Source of the DNA: Octopus sinensis
Lineage: Eukaryota
Length of the DNA: 64,000 nucleotides
Direction of reading: 5' to 3'
Assembly (NCBI RefSeq): GCF_006345805.1
Contig: NC_043012.1
Coordinates: 33,604,001-33,668,000, forward strand
The notes under the pieces are model-generated. The model saw only the letters and a list, made by a program, of their open reading frames with translations, searched no databases and had not been told where the DNA came from. Shown piece by piece: positions 25,838 to 39,229 of this stretch (its first letter is position 1; each line of letters starts with the position of its first letter). The position numbers and the translations under genes were made by a program.

Positions 25838-26324
25838 ATACACACATATCTAATGTACATACACTTATATCCGAGAGATATTTAAATATATATGCATATA
25901 TATATACATATATGTATGTATGTATTTATGTATGCATATATATATATATATATATATAAATATATATGCAGAGTTGGCATTATTTATACAGAGAGACTTG
26001 TGTGTGTGTATACACTTATATAGTTAGATAGATTCTGATACGTACAGGCGCATACATTAACGTGGCGGTGACTGTGAGGAAGAAGCCGGAGTACTAAAAT
26101 TGTATTAAATCTGTGTCTATAATCTGTGCTGTTCTATCACCATAAAACCTATTGATGTGTTTAGTTCAACAGAGATCAAAAGTAAGGGCAAAGGTAATAT
26201 CGTATCTGGCACATTGTTGTTCGTATAGTTGGAGGTGATTTCCTCCATGTTTCTAGCCTTCACTCAGGCTGTCACACACACATATATATATATAATATAT
26301 ACACACAAACACACACAGACACAG

Positions 26325-26357
<33 letters not shown>

Positions 26358-26434
26358 CATATATATATACATACATATATATATATAACTATATATACAC
26401 ATATATATATATAGCTACATTTACATGACTATGC

Positions 26435-26473
<39 letters not shown>

Positions 26474-27145
26474 TACATACATACATACACGCATACATAC
26501 ATACACCTATGCAGTGTTAAAGGTGAACCAGAGTTAGGAGAAATTTATCCACCTCGAAAATAGGAAAATGTTGTTGCTGCTCTAAATGATGTCCTTTTGT
26601 GTTTGTCTGTTGTTTTAAACTAATAAACTCAGCTGACATTTTGTTTTCTGTTCAGACTTTTACATTGAATGACGTTTAAATGAGTGCTTTCGTGTCATCT
26701 GTAGTGGACATATACATAAATATGGGCGCACGTGTATATTCATAAAGACGCACATACGTATATGCGTAGACATGTACGTAGATATTTTAATAGAAAATGT
26801 ACGTGAGAATGTATATGTATATGTGTGTGTGTGTACGTGCGCGCGTGTCAGAACATGCACACTTACACACACACACATATACACATACATATGCACCTAT
26901 ACAGTACATTCATTACACACCTACATACGTACATGCAACTACTTGTTCAAAAGTTCTGAACAACTGTTTCTTTTTGCTTTCTCTCACTTACTCTCTCTCT
27001 CTCTCTCTCTCTCTCCCACTTTCTCTCCTTCCCTCTCCCCCCTCTCTCTCTGTCTCCTCTCTCTGTACATTTTCCTTAATGCGCTGCTACTACACACAAG
27101 AACTTGAAAAAGCATTCGCTGCGGGATTTTGTCTCAGGGAAATTA

Positions 27146-27530
27146 TCTCTCTCTATATAAACGGCAGTTTGTCTGTGTGTGTGTCTGTGTGTCTGTCAGG
27201 TTGTACCCTCTCACTGACCACGGCTTTCAACCGATTCTGATGAAACTTGACACACACATAGCCCAATGTCATAATTCAAAACTAACGCAGCGAAAATTTT
27301 GAAAAGTTCCCCCAGTTCTGAAAAAAATCGATAAATTCGACATGGGGTCGAGAATCAGAAACCCAAACCACAGACCGTCTAGGGGACGCAACTCCACCTT
27401 TTTTAACTCTAAAAAAAAATTTACCATAATTTTTTTTCCATTTTTTTGCTATTTTTTGGCTATAACTCTCTAAAAATGCTTTATAGTTATTTCCCTTACA
27501 AACCTGAGCAACGCCGGGCGATACTGCTAG
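27146..27530 (+). mobile_element. non-autonomous Helitron, family H2
   Basis: A|TCTCTCTCTATATAAACGGCAG...CCTGAGCAACGCCGGG hairpin...CTGCTAG|T; no TSD. Confidence 0.8.
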
Positions 27531-28009
27531 TTCTCTCTAAAGACTTTGTGTAAAAGCAGGAGTAGTAGAAAGTATTATACAAAAGGCAAAGTTAATTAGA
27601 GGTTAGGGTTGGTAGTCAACATGGTGGTGAATTGATAGGATTTGTGAAATAACAAACTAAATACTTCAAGGTATTCAATTACGTCGCTTTACTTTCAAAT
27701 CCCGTCGTGTTTATCTCTTATCATTTCGAGGTCGATAAAATAAAGAATTAGTCAAGATTTACTTTCGGATTAATTGACCGCTCCTTCCACCATATTTCTA
27801 ATCTTTTGCTTAAGTCAGAAACGATTATTAATTATTGTTGTAACAAAATTTGACCGCTTTATTTATGCATTCTCAGTTCAAATCCAGATCTAGTCGCAGT
27901 TTTCTTTTCTGCCATCCTGGGACAAAAGTTGAAAGGTAGGAAGCATGTCCTGGAGTTGATTCAACAGTTGTATACCACTCCCTTGGTGACCTTGTGTCAA
28001 TATAAGAAA

Positions 28010-28048
28010 TTATCATCATCATTGTCATCGTCATCATCATCGTCGTCG

Positions 28049-28086
<38 letters not shown>

Positions 28087-28087
28087 G
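28010..28087. repeat. (CAT)n microsatellite
   Basis: Directly visible. Confidence 0.95.
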
Positions 28088-28749
28088 TGTAAGCACATGG
28101 AGGTTTTCTTTATTTACTTGTATCTTGAGACAGCCATCTACATTGTCCATTCTAATGAAGTATATACTTTAATAGGTATGTTCTAGTAAATTCCTACCTC
28201 TTCCTTACAAAAAGAAGAGGAAAATAAAATGGCCGTGTGCACTTATGATAGACAAATAGGTACACCTACTTATTGTTCAGTGAATTTCTCCAGTCTAATA
28301 CGTTTTTATTTGATAATGCAACCCCCACCCCTCTCACGCTTTCCTCCCGTTATGATGGACAACAACACCGCAGGTGACAGTAAACTTAAGGATTATCAAA
28401 CACAAAGCTTTGCTCTGTTGATTAAATATTATAATTAGAAGCTGGCAGACATAAAGGTTATCAAGTGGTCATTGTTTGTGGTGAAGAGTGAGAAAGAACG
28501 CCGCGTAGTGGTTTGTGTAGGTGAGAAGAAAAGATAAGAGAAACTGGGCCAAGCTCTCAAGTGACAGCATTGCAGTAGTAAATCGGGAGAAACTGAGGTT
28601 TTGAGTAAACAGCAGAGGAAAATTGCTGCTGTTGTGGGTGTTGTTTAGCCTTAAGGCTAGTCCTGATTAAGCAGACAAATGGTCAAAGGCGTTTCTACCA
28701 TGACCATCCCGTTTTTTCTTTGTGACATAGTATATGTAGAAATATATTA

Positions 28750-29117
28750 TCTCTCTATATATAAATGGCAAAATGTCTCTCTGCGTGCGTGTCCTTTATA
28801 CAAATCCACAATTTTTCAATTAGAGGGCTCGCACTTTCTATGATCATTCAAAACCGTCCAAGGGGGGTCGTTCACATCTTTACATTTCCCCAGTCACCCC
28901 GCAAAGCCATTAAAAAATCAATAGAAGTGACATTATTGTGAATTTTCTATCCAAAACCCAATCAAAATGCCCGGAACTTGATAGGCCAATTGAATGCTAG
29001 CTAGCTGTATTTGATTGGTCGGAGATTTGGTCAGTACTCGCATGTATATGCGCACGCACGCAGCTGTATATGCATGCACTAGCATTATGATCCGGCGTTG
29101 CCGGGTCATAGTGCTAG
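28750..29117 (+). mobile_element. non-autonomous Helitron, family H1 copy 2
   Basis: A|TC...CTAG|T termini, terminal hairpin, colinear with 12669-13037. Confidence 0.85.
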
Positions 29118-30744
29118 TCCAATATATAATGGAAGATACATGTTTAGAGAGTAAGTGTTTGACTTATTTCTAACATGTCTGAGGACCATATAGAAGCTAT
29201 CCATATTGACACGAGAATCTTGAGATTTAGTGGTATATATTGGGAAGAATGGTGTCTAATATGCTGTTTTTAAACTTGGAGGTGAGTAATACTGGGAGAA
29301 GTTAAGGGGCTTAGAAATTCAGATTTTTGCTCGGCAAAAATGTAGGATCAGACAGAAAACTCCTGTGCTTTTTGTTCAGGATCTCCACACTCTGAGTTCA
29401 AACTTACCGAAGTCAATTTTACCTTTGGTCGTTTCGGAGTCGATTAGCAAATAAGGATGATCGGGTGATTGGTGGACTTGTAAGAACATCGTCAGACCAG
29501 ATAATTAGTGGCTCATTTGGTGCTGGACAGAGCTAAACAGTCCAATCCTAGGAACACATCATTCAGCCCAACATAAGACAGCATAGAGTGGTAGAGGCAA
29601 AGGTGTGATGAGGTTTTCGTACTGCAGTGAATTGAAAATGGTAAATGAGAGATAGGTATTCTCCGAATTTGGCGAAGTGCTGGTGTTTTGTTAGTCCGGC
29701 AAAAATGATTAGCCAGAGATGCAAATTTATAGAATTAAAAAGGCTATAGACACTAGGTTCGACCTCACTGACACAAATACACCACTAGTACCTATTTTGT
29801 TAAATACAACCTGTACTTCTATATGCCCGGGCGGTTTGCTAGAAATAGTCCCCCATTAATGCACACACTATTGTCATAAAAAACTGATTAATACATCGAA
29901 CAATATCATTAGTCAGTGATATATTGCCGGGACATATTTAATCATATACCTGGTCAGGGTTGACCTGAAATTAAACAACTACAACACTAACAACTCCAGA
30001 AAAAAGTTGTTACGTGGATGCTCGACCAGCAAGAAATAGCAACGAAATCCACTGTCTTCAATAAGAAGTATGACTCATTAAATAATTCAGTCCTAGGTAC
30101 CCTTTAGAATACTTTTGATCATAGGTCTTCTGGGTCAGGCGCTACTGTCAGGCTACACATTTGCTAATGAAGCTTCTACGTGGTAGCTCGACTGCTAGAA
30201 ATAGCAACCAAATCTCCTCCAAATGGTTTCTCGCTATCTTTTATACCCAGTTTCAATTATTAACATTCCAAGTCAACATTTCAAAATTTTCTCGGTCTCA
30301 TCTTTTCATTGTATTGAGAATATAAGCGTGCTTTTTTAAAGTACAAAATTGAAAATAAAATGACAACTACAAAAAGGTGCCGCGCTTTGTAGTCATCATC
30401 AAAGGATGGTGGGAATAATGATGTAACTTGTAAAATCACTATCGGCAAATTTAAAACTGCTTAACTCTTGATTATTTACATAGTTTATTTTATGTGCAGC
30501 ACCTGTGTGCTGACTTTTGATTTGTGTTTTGTATTTATGAAAACTCCCATCGTTAACCTAGATTACTCTCTTTACTCTTTTACTTGTTTCAGTCATTTGA
30601 CTGCGGCCATGATGGAGCACCACCTTTAACATAGAATTCTGTTACAGAAAGACAACGCTATCAACTAATCGATTTACTTGGATTGTGCTCTTTATTTAAT
30701 GTAGCCTGCTGGTGTCATTATGTGTATATATGTATGTATAAACA

Positions 30745-30814
30745 TATACATTCATACAAACATACATACATACATACATACGTACGTACGTACATACATA
30801 CATACATGCATACA

Positions 30815-30845
<31 letters not shown>

Positions 30846-31372
30846 GTACATACATACATACATACATACATACACACACATACATACATACATACATACA
30901 TATGTACATACATACATACATACATACATACATACATACATACATACATACATACATACATACATACATTCATACATACATACATACATACATTCATACA
31001 TACTTCCATACATACATGCATACATACATACATACATGCATGCGTACATACGTACATACTTGCATGCATACATACATACATACATACATACATACATACA
31101 TACATACATACATGCATACATACATACTTCCATACATACATACATACATACATACATACATACATACATACTTCCATACATACATACATACATACATACA
31201 TACATACATACATACATACATGCATACATACATACATACATACATGCATACATACATACATACATACATGCATACATACATACATACATACATGCATACA
31301 TACATACATACATACATACATACATACATACATACATACATACATACATACATACATGCATACTTACATACG
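30745..31372. repeat. ~630-bp (CATA)n microsatellite
   Basis: Directly visible, with CATG and CTTC variant units. Confidence 0.97.
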
Positions 31373-31692
31373 TATGCACTCACTCTTTATATGTTACAAG
31401 AAAGGAACCATGAGGAAGGAAATGTTTTTTACAGGGAGTTGAATTTGGATTATTTCCTACAGCCACTTAAAACTTTTCTGAAACGGCCGTACGTTTGGAC
31501 TACTCCTTTCAATCGCCTCCTTTGATCTGACCATATTTTCTATTCTAACTATATTTTTTCTTCATGATACTCTTTCTATACTTTTTATGTTTTTTTTATT
31601 TATATGTTTATATTCTTATATTTCTATATTCTTATCATCTTTCTTAATATAAATATGTGGTTATTTTAATGGAATAATATCTCGTCATGATA

Positions 31693-31725
<33 letters not shown>

Positions 31726-31860
31726 GGTGAGAAAGTTGAGAAAATAGTAAAAAGTGAAAAAACTACAGAAGGCTTGTTTTAAAGGCTTAAAAAATATATA
31801 TTTGAGTCATTATGTCTGAAGAATGTTATAAATTTTTTTCATACAATGACATAGTTTTTG

Positions 31861-31900
31861 AAGAAATGACCAGTTTCGCGTTCAGCTTTTCACATTTCTT
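31861..31900 (-). ncRNA. hammerhead-like motif with divergent core GUGAAAA, left arm
   Basis: AAGAAAU [GUGAAAA] GC-ugaac-GC [GAA] ACUGGU C^ AUUUCUU. Confidence 0.4.
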
Positions 31901-32390
31901 ACATCGTTATGTTTACGTTGAGAAGTGTGAAGGAGAGTGAAGAGGAGTTCCAGATAAGGGGAGGTAATAAGTGATTTCTTCCGGTGTAAGGGAGATAATC
32001 GCTTAATATTTCTTGCCTTGTTTTTGGAGTGAGTTTTGGAGTGAATCGACAGCAGATTGCATTCCCAGAATACAGAATGATACCCTTTAGTGAGCACATT
32101 GAGAAATGCGCAAAGCAACTACTACCACAATTTTTAATCTTTCCATTTTACCAATGTGCTATCGGAACACCAACGCAAATTAGACTAAACAAGGAAACAT
32201 TCTTCATTGAAAAATACAAGCCCAAACTTAACCATTCCAACATTCTTATACAGAGAAACTCACTCCAAAAAAAGGCAAGAAATATTAAGCGATTATCTCC
32301 CTTACACCGGAAGAAATCACTTATTACCTCCCCTTATCTGGAACTCTCCTTCACTCTCCTTCACACTTCTCAACGTAAACATAACGATGT

Positions 32391-32430
32391 AAGAAATGTG
32401 AAAAGCTGAACGCGAAACCGGTCATTTCTT
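32391..32430 (+). ncRNA. hammerhead-like motif with divergent core GUGAAAA, right arm
   Basis: AAGAAAU [GUGAAAA] GC-ugaac-GC [GAA] ACCGGU C^ AUUUCUU; palindromic stem III. Confidence 0.45.
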
Positions 32431-32545
32431 CTATATTATGTCATTGTATGAAAAAAATTTATAACATTCTTCAGACATAATGACTCAAATATATATTTTT
32501 AAGCCTTTAAAACAAGCCTTCTGTAGTTTTTTCACTTATTACTAT

Positions 32546-32584
<39 letters not shown>

Positions 32585-32593
32585 GTATATATG

Positions 32594-32638
<45 letters not shown>

Positions 32639-32719
32639 AGCACATGTACATATATACATACATATTTACATGCATACATACATATTCGCTTCAAAATTTA
32701 ACAAAAGCAAAAGGCAGAG

Positions 32720-32810
32720 ATGAGGAGGAAGAAGAGGAGGTAGAAGAGGAGGAGGAGGAAGAAGAAGAAGAAGAAGAAGAGAAGAAGAAGAAGAGGAGGA
32801 GGAGGAGGAG
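32720..32810. repeat. (GAA)/(GAG) purine-rich microsatellite
   Basis: Directly visible. Confidence 0.9.
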
Positions 32811-33308
32811 TATGCCGTTGTTGTTATTGTTACTGTTATAGTTTAACCCTGATGTCAGCTTTGATCCAGTAGACATACGATGTAACCCAGCCATGACCTT
32901 CCTGACTTAATCTCAAGTATCTTAACGCAACATGATCCAATTTAATTTAGGACATAATGGTGCAACATATGGAGAGGAGGATTTGGCTGCTATTTCAAAC
33001 AGGTCAACCCAGTTGTGTAGAGGCTGCCTCATTGGTTCGCTGTTTCATTCCATTTTTAACACTATATCGTGTTTTTCTTTGTGTGTATTTTTTTAAGGCA
33101 ATTTGGCTGTTATTTCTACAATTAAATCCTAAGTAGCTACAAATATTCATCGAGAAGGGAAAGCGATATTAGTCGATAATTCATCTTTTAATTTTAGAAG
33201 CACGTAAGGGACACAACTTCGGACTTGCTTTATTATTATTATGACTCGTCAGCTAAGTGTAGTATTTGTTTCAGTAATCAAAGAAATGACGAAAGAATTA
33301 TTAAGTAT

Positions 33309-33710
33309 ACTCTTTTACTCTTTTACTTGTTTCAGTCATTTGACTGCGGCCATGCTGGAGCACCGCCTTTAGTCGAGCAAATCGACCACGGGACTTATTC
33401 TTTGTAAGCCCAGTACTTATTCTATCGGTCTCTTTTGCCGAACCGCTAAGTGACGGGGACGTAAACACACCAGCATCGGTTGTCAAGCAATGCTAGGGGG
33501 ACAAACGCAGACACACAAACATATACACACACACTTATATATATATACATATATACGACAGGCTTCTTTCAGTTTCCGTCTACCAAATCCACTCACAAGG
33601 CATTGGTCGGCCCGGGGCTATAGCAGAAGACACTTGCCCAAGATGCCACGCAGTGGGACTGAACCCGGAACCATGTGGTTGGTTAGCAAGCTACTTACCA
33701 CACAGCCACT
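33309..33710 (-). mobile_element. full-length SINE type B (tRNA head plus CORE-like domain)
   Basis: Minus strand AGTGGCTGTGTGGTAAGTAGCTTGC...GGTTCAGTCCCACTGCGTGGCATCTTGGGCAAGTGTC...ACTGAAACAAGTAAAAGAGTAAAAGAG. Confidence 0.9.
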
Positions 33711-34667
33711 ATTCACAGGATTATAAATTTATCGAGCAAACATAAGATTTATATAGTTTGGTCATTTAGTATTAAAAACTTTAATTTGAACGGCTAAGGT
33801 AGATGGGTATTGTAGTGGTTTATGCCCGGCTTGGCTCTGAGCGACGATAGCTCTAATCAGAAGTATTCCAGCCTTGACCATCCTGCCTTTTGGGCAGTAT
33901 GTGAAACCCCACAATGCAATGATTCTTGGTTTGTTTTTGTTTTTGTTTTTTTGTGGTCGGATTCGATTATCAATAGATTTAGCTGCTTTTTCTCGCAAGT
34001 CCTGCGACCTCTTACACACGCTCTCTCTCTCCCTTTCTTTGTCTCTTCTTGACTCTCTTTCTCTCTCTCTCTCCCTCTCTTTCACTGCTCTTTCTCTTTT
34101 CCTCTCTCTTTCTCCTCCCCCTCTCTCTCGGAAGAGCAAGACTACACAGAAGCACCGTGCATTGACCTCTGTACGGAACTGAAAGGAGAGGTTACAATAT
34201 CATTTCACCTTCCAACGTCCTATCCAAGGGGAACTGAATTTCACATCCGCTTTATCTCTTCTTATCGGTTAATATGCCACTTACCTGTCTTGAACAGATG
34301 TGACAATTAATTTATCTCTCATTGACTAAGAAAGGTCGATGCCCTCAGCTTGATTAGTCTTCTTGGCCAATGTGAAATGATGCAGCTCAGCCCCCGGTCC
34401 TCTTCTCTGATTAGAAATGTTATTGTTGTTTGTTTTTAGTCAAGAGATCAGGTACTTCAGGGAAGATTTTTAAAATGTTTTTTTTAATTATTTTTAGATA
34501 TACTTTTACATTTTACCGATAAAATAAAATAGATTAAACTATGTTGTTCAAAACATACCAAAGAGTACCATATGTTACACAATAACAAATAATTGAGTAA
34601 AATGTGACGTTGAAGACTTTATGCCATTGTGGCTAACAAAATAAATCACGATAATTGTTATTGTTGT

Positions 34668-35765
34668 TAAGGCATCGAGCTGGTAAAATCGTTAGCACGT
34701 CGGGCAAAGATGCTTAGCAGTATTTCGCCATCTTGACTCCTTTAGGAGTCGAAAAACACTGGGGTCAATATAATCGACTTAACCCCTCCTCCAAAATGGC
34801 TGCCCTTGTGGCAAAACTTGAAACCATTATTATTATTGTTGTTGTTGTTGTTGTTAAGATGGCAAGCTGGTGGAATCGTTCGTGCGCTTGACGAAATGCT
34901 GAGCGGTATTTTGCCCGTAACAAGGCAGCGAGCTGATAGAATCGTTAGCACGTCGGGCGAAAGCTTTGCAGTATTTCGTCTGCCGTTACTTTCTGAGTTC
35001 AAATTCCGCCGTGGTTGACTTTGCCATTCATCCTTTCGGGGTCGATAAAATAAGTACCAGTTACGCACTGGGGTCGATATAATCGGCTTAATCCGTTTGT
35101 CTGTCCTTGTTTTTCCTCTCTGTGTTTAGCCCCTTGTGGGTGGTAAAGAAATAGGTATTTCGTCTGCCGTTACGCTCTGAGTTCAAATTCCGCCGAGGCC
35201 GACTTTACCTTTCATCCTTTCGGGGGTCGACAAAATAAGTACCAGTTCAACACTGGTGTCGATGTAATCGGCTCATCCTTTCCCCCAAAGTCGTTGCCCT
35301 TGTTGCAAAATTCGAAACCACTCTTATTATTGTTGCTGATAAGGCGCCGAGCTGACAGAATTGTTAGTACGCTGGACGAAGTGCTTGGCGGTATTTCGTC
35401 TGTCTTCACGTTCTGAGTTTAAATTTTGCAGGGGTCGACTTTGCCTCTCATCCTTTCAGGGTCGATAAATGAAGAACCGTAAAACACTGGGGTCGATGTA
35501 ATCGACTTATCTCCTCCTCTAAATTATTTGTCTTGTGTCAAAACTTTGAAATTATCATTATTGTTGTTATTATGGTAGCAAGCTGACAGAATCGTTTTCG
35601 GTCACCAGCATTTCTTTCGTCTTTATGCTATGAGTTCAAATTCCGCCGAGGTCGACTTTGCCTTTCATCCTTTCAGGGTCGATAAAATAAGTACTAGTCA
35701 AGAACTGAGGTCTAAGTAATCGACTAGCCTCTCTCTCCAAAATGTCAGGCTTTTTACTTATGGAA
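34668..35765 (+). mobile_element. head-to-tail cluster of about six type A SINE copies or fragments
   Basis: AAGG..GAGCTG..AATCGTTAG-type heads recur near 34668, 34856, 34922, 35341 and 35572, mostly after (TTA)/(TTG) spacers. Confidence 0.85.
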
Positions 35766-35974
35766 GAAAAAATAATTAGTAAAATTAAGCTTCAAAAGAA
35801 TTTGTATTCAAGTCAAATGTTCAAAATATACTCCTTCGGTCAGATATCTCTGCAAATCTTTTAGGTTTCGATTGCAGCTTGTAGCTTTTAGGGTACTGAT
35901 AGACATTATTCTTGGGATATCTCCACAAGGTCTTGGGTGTCATTTATAAAATGTTTCTTACCCTCAATTAAATA

Positions 35975-36632
35975 TCGGTTTCGAGTTTTGGCACAAGGCC
36001 AGAAATTTCAGCGGAGGAGTTAGTCGATTACATCGATCCCAGTGCTCAACTGGTACTTATTTTATAGACCCCGAAAGGTTGAAAAGCAACGTCGACCTCC
36101 GCGAAATTTGAACTCTGGACGTAATGGCGGACGAAATTACGCTAAGCTTGGAGTACTAACGATTCCGCCAGCTCGCCCATTTAACCATACCCCTGTAATG
36201 GTGGTAAAAGTGGAGGATATATGCCTATTTCTTTACTAGCCACAAGGGGTTAAACACAGAGCGGACAGACAAACGGATTAAGTCGATTATATCGACCCCA
36301 GTGCATAACTGGTACTTATTTAATCGACCCCGAGAGGATGAAAGGCAAAGTCGCCCTCGGCGGAATTTGAACTCAGAACGTAGCGGCAGACGAAATACCT
36401 ATTTCTTTATTACCCACAAGGGGCTAAACATAGAGGAGACAAACATGGACAGACATAGATATTAAGTCGATTATATCGACCCCAGTGCGTAACTGGTACT
36501 TAATTTATCGACCCCGAAAGGATGAAAGGCAAAGTCGCCCTCGGCGGAATTTGAACTCAGAACGTAGCGGCAGACGAAATACCACTAAGCATTTCGCCCG
36601 GCGTGCTAACGCTTCTGCCAGGTCCCCGCCTT
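35975..36632 (-). mobile_element. type A SINE monomer plus partial dimer
   Basis: One copy at 35975-36178; dimer at 36224-36632 with its junction near 36395. Confidence 0.85.
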
Positions 36633-37184
36633 ATTTGGATGATATATACCATGTTAAGCTATGTGTGAACCGGTGTCAGACAATGTTAAGGACACCAATC
36701 TAGAAGTTATAGCTGTTATATATCAACGTCTTGACCCTACCTGTCAGTGTTATGTATGTCATTAAATGAGAAATTACTCCAGAACAGGTTGCAGTCTAAA
36801 CTGCAGAGCCAGCTGGTCATATGTGGTCATATGGTCGGCAAGTAATAGCAGCCTAATATCCTTCATGAAAAATTATACCTGGACTTTGATTTGCAGTTTA
36901 AATTGCAGAGCCAGCTAGTATGTAGTTATATTGTCTGTCAGAAGTAGAGGCCAAATCTCCTAGTTATACTACATTGAAAAAAATACATGCTGCATAATGT
37001 AATCATACAAACAATACTTGAAAAATAAGACAGGATTGCCATTGCCGGAATGTCTTTGATTAGTGAGTCTACATAAAGTTGGCCTAGGATTACGCAAATT
37101 AACAACTGGTTCTAAAGCGGAATCTATAAAACTGGATTCCGCCTCTTCGTCACCAACATTATCGCGTCGTGATAATCGCTGTCG

Positions 37185-37247
37185 TTACTATCGTCACCGT
37201 CATCATTATTATCATCGTCTTCATGGTCATCATTATCGTCAGCGTTG

Positions 37248-37281
<34 letters not shown>

Positions 37282-37575
37282 TATCATCATCATCATCGTC
37301 ATCGATAATACCTTTCAAATTTTCTTTGCCCCTTGTCGCTCTATTATCATCATTACTCTATAATCATCATTGGGTAGTAGTAGTAGTAGTAGTAGTAGTA
37401 GTTGTAGTAATTGTGGTGTTGGTGTTGGTTGTAGTAGTTGTGGTGTTGTTGGTGTTGGTGTTGGTGGTAGTAGTAGTAGTAGTAGTTGTGGTGATTGTGT
37501 TGGTAGTAGTAGTAGTAGTAGTTGTGGTGGTGGTGTTGGTGTTGGTGGTGGTGGTGGTGGTGGTAGTAGTAGTAA

Positions 37576-37609
<34 letters not shown>

Positions 37610-37880
37610 TGTGGTAGTGGTGTTGGTGTTGGTGGTAGTAGCCGTAGGAGTAGTAGTAGTAGTAGTAGTAGTAGTAGGGGAGGAGCAGCATGATGATGAT
37701 GATGATGATGATGATAATGATAATGATAATGTATCATACCGACATAATCATTATCCCCTTCTTCCTCTTTCTTACCCACTTCCCAGCCTCTTCATCATAA
37801 TCATCACCATTATCATCATCATCATCATCATCACTATCATCATCATCATCATCATCATCATCACCATCATCATCATTACT
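37185..37880. repeat. compound trinucleotide field (CAT)n-(AGT/GGT/TGT)n-(GAT)n-(CAT)n
   Basis: Directly visible; produces the spurious poly-V/S/I ORFs. Confidence 0.95.
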
Positions 37881-38406
37881 TCTCTCAATTTTGCCCACCA
37901 TCTTTTTTTACTCGCTGCTGTCTCAATTGTTTGCTCTAATTACCGTCTTGCGTACGAAAATTAAGTAAAATTCACCCCCCCACACTCACACACCCCACAC
38001 ACACACACATACATACTCAAGCATACATAACACGTACACAAACACGCACACACACGCGCGTGCGGCGGCGTAAACTATAAAACCAAATAATATTCTATTA
38101 AATTTAATTGTATGGAAGCCACTAAGCACCACCTTCCCTTCCCTGTTTATTCTAATTTAATTTAATCAGCTGACTTTGCTGTGTTTGCACCTATCTGTCT
38201 ACAGCGGAACATTTTCTCCATGAGAAGATACAGTAAATGGCATTCTTACGGGTTCGAATATCGCCCCAAGCATATTTGAACTAATAACAAGTTTGTATCT
38301 TTGTTACATTCTTGTTAAAATTTTATAGTTTTAGGTTACACACACACACACAACACACACACACACACACATATATATATGTATATACATATATATATAT
38401 AATATA

Positions 38407-38481
<75 letters not shown>

Positions 38482-38542
38482 AATTATAATATTAGGGAGT
38501 AAATCCAAACTTACAGAGAAAAATTAGATTTAATATAATATA

Positions 38543-38603
<61 letters not shown>

Positions 38604-38607
38604 CATA

Positions 38608-38770
38608 TACGACAGGCTTCTTTCAGTTTCCGTCTATCAAATCCACCCACAAAGCTTTGATCGGCCCAAGGCTATAGTAGAAGACACTTGCCCAAGGTTC
38701 CACGCAGTGGGATTGAACCCGGAACCATGTGGTTGGTAAGCAAGCTACTTACCACATAGCAACTCCTGCA
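38608..38770 (-). mobile_element. SINE type B, 5' half, abutting (TA)n
   Basis: ACGACAGGCTTCTTTCAGTTTCCG...CTTGCCCAAGG...GAACCCGGAACCATGTGGTTGGTAAGCAAGCTACTTACCAC. Confidence 0.85.
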
Positions 38771-39196
38771 CCAATGTATGTATTTGTGCATGTGTGTGTG
38801 TGTCTGTGTTTGTCCGCCTCGACTGGTCACAAAAAAATATAGTATTATCTTTTATTCATAGGACTGCGGCCATACTGGAGCACTGCTTTGAAGGGTTTAG
38901 TCAAAGAATTCGGCGGTAGTAGTTATTTTTTTAAAGGTTAGTACTTATTCTATCGGACTCTTCTACCGCACCACTATGTTACAAGGACATAAGCGAACCA
39001 ACTCTGGTTGTCAAGCGGTGAGGAGAGAAAAAAATACCAGCATGAATACACGCACACGCGCGCGCACACACGCACGCACACACACGCACACGCACACACA
39101 CGCACATATAGGTATTATAGATACTAAGATGTCTATCGGCAGATTTTGTAAAAATATTGTTTGTTGTTGATATTGTTGTCGTTGGTTCTGAGTTAA

Positions 39197-39198
39197 TC

Positions 39199-39229
<31 letters not shown>

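Larger units (their letters stand above)
31743..32546 (+). mobile_element. 5'-truncated Penelope-like element with ~290-bp inverted pseudo-LTR arms
   Basis: 31743-32036 is a near-perfect reverse complement of 32256-32546. The spacer encodes a GIY-YIG C-terminus: RQQI...SEHIEKC...FPFYQC...RLNKETFFIEKYKPKLN. Confidence 0.85.

Noticed and set aside
30683-31525. Long ORFs of up to 280 aa in several frames
   Set aside because: Read-through of (CATA)n, which has no stop codons; the same applies to 14022-14882 and 42288-43065.
34668-36632. CRISPR-like repeat and spacer appearance
   Set aside because: The units are ~200-bp SINE copies in eukaryotic DNA, with no fixed short repeat and no cas genes.
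37245-37964. 239-aa poly-S/V/D/I ORF
   Set aside because: Compound trinucleotide microsatellite with no domain signal.
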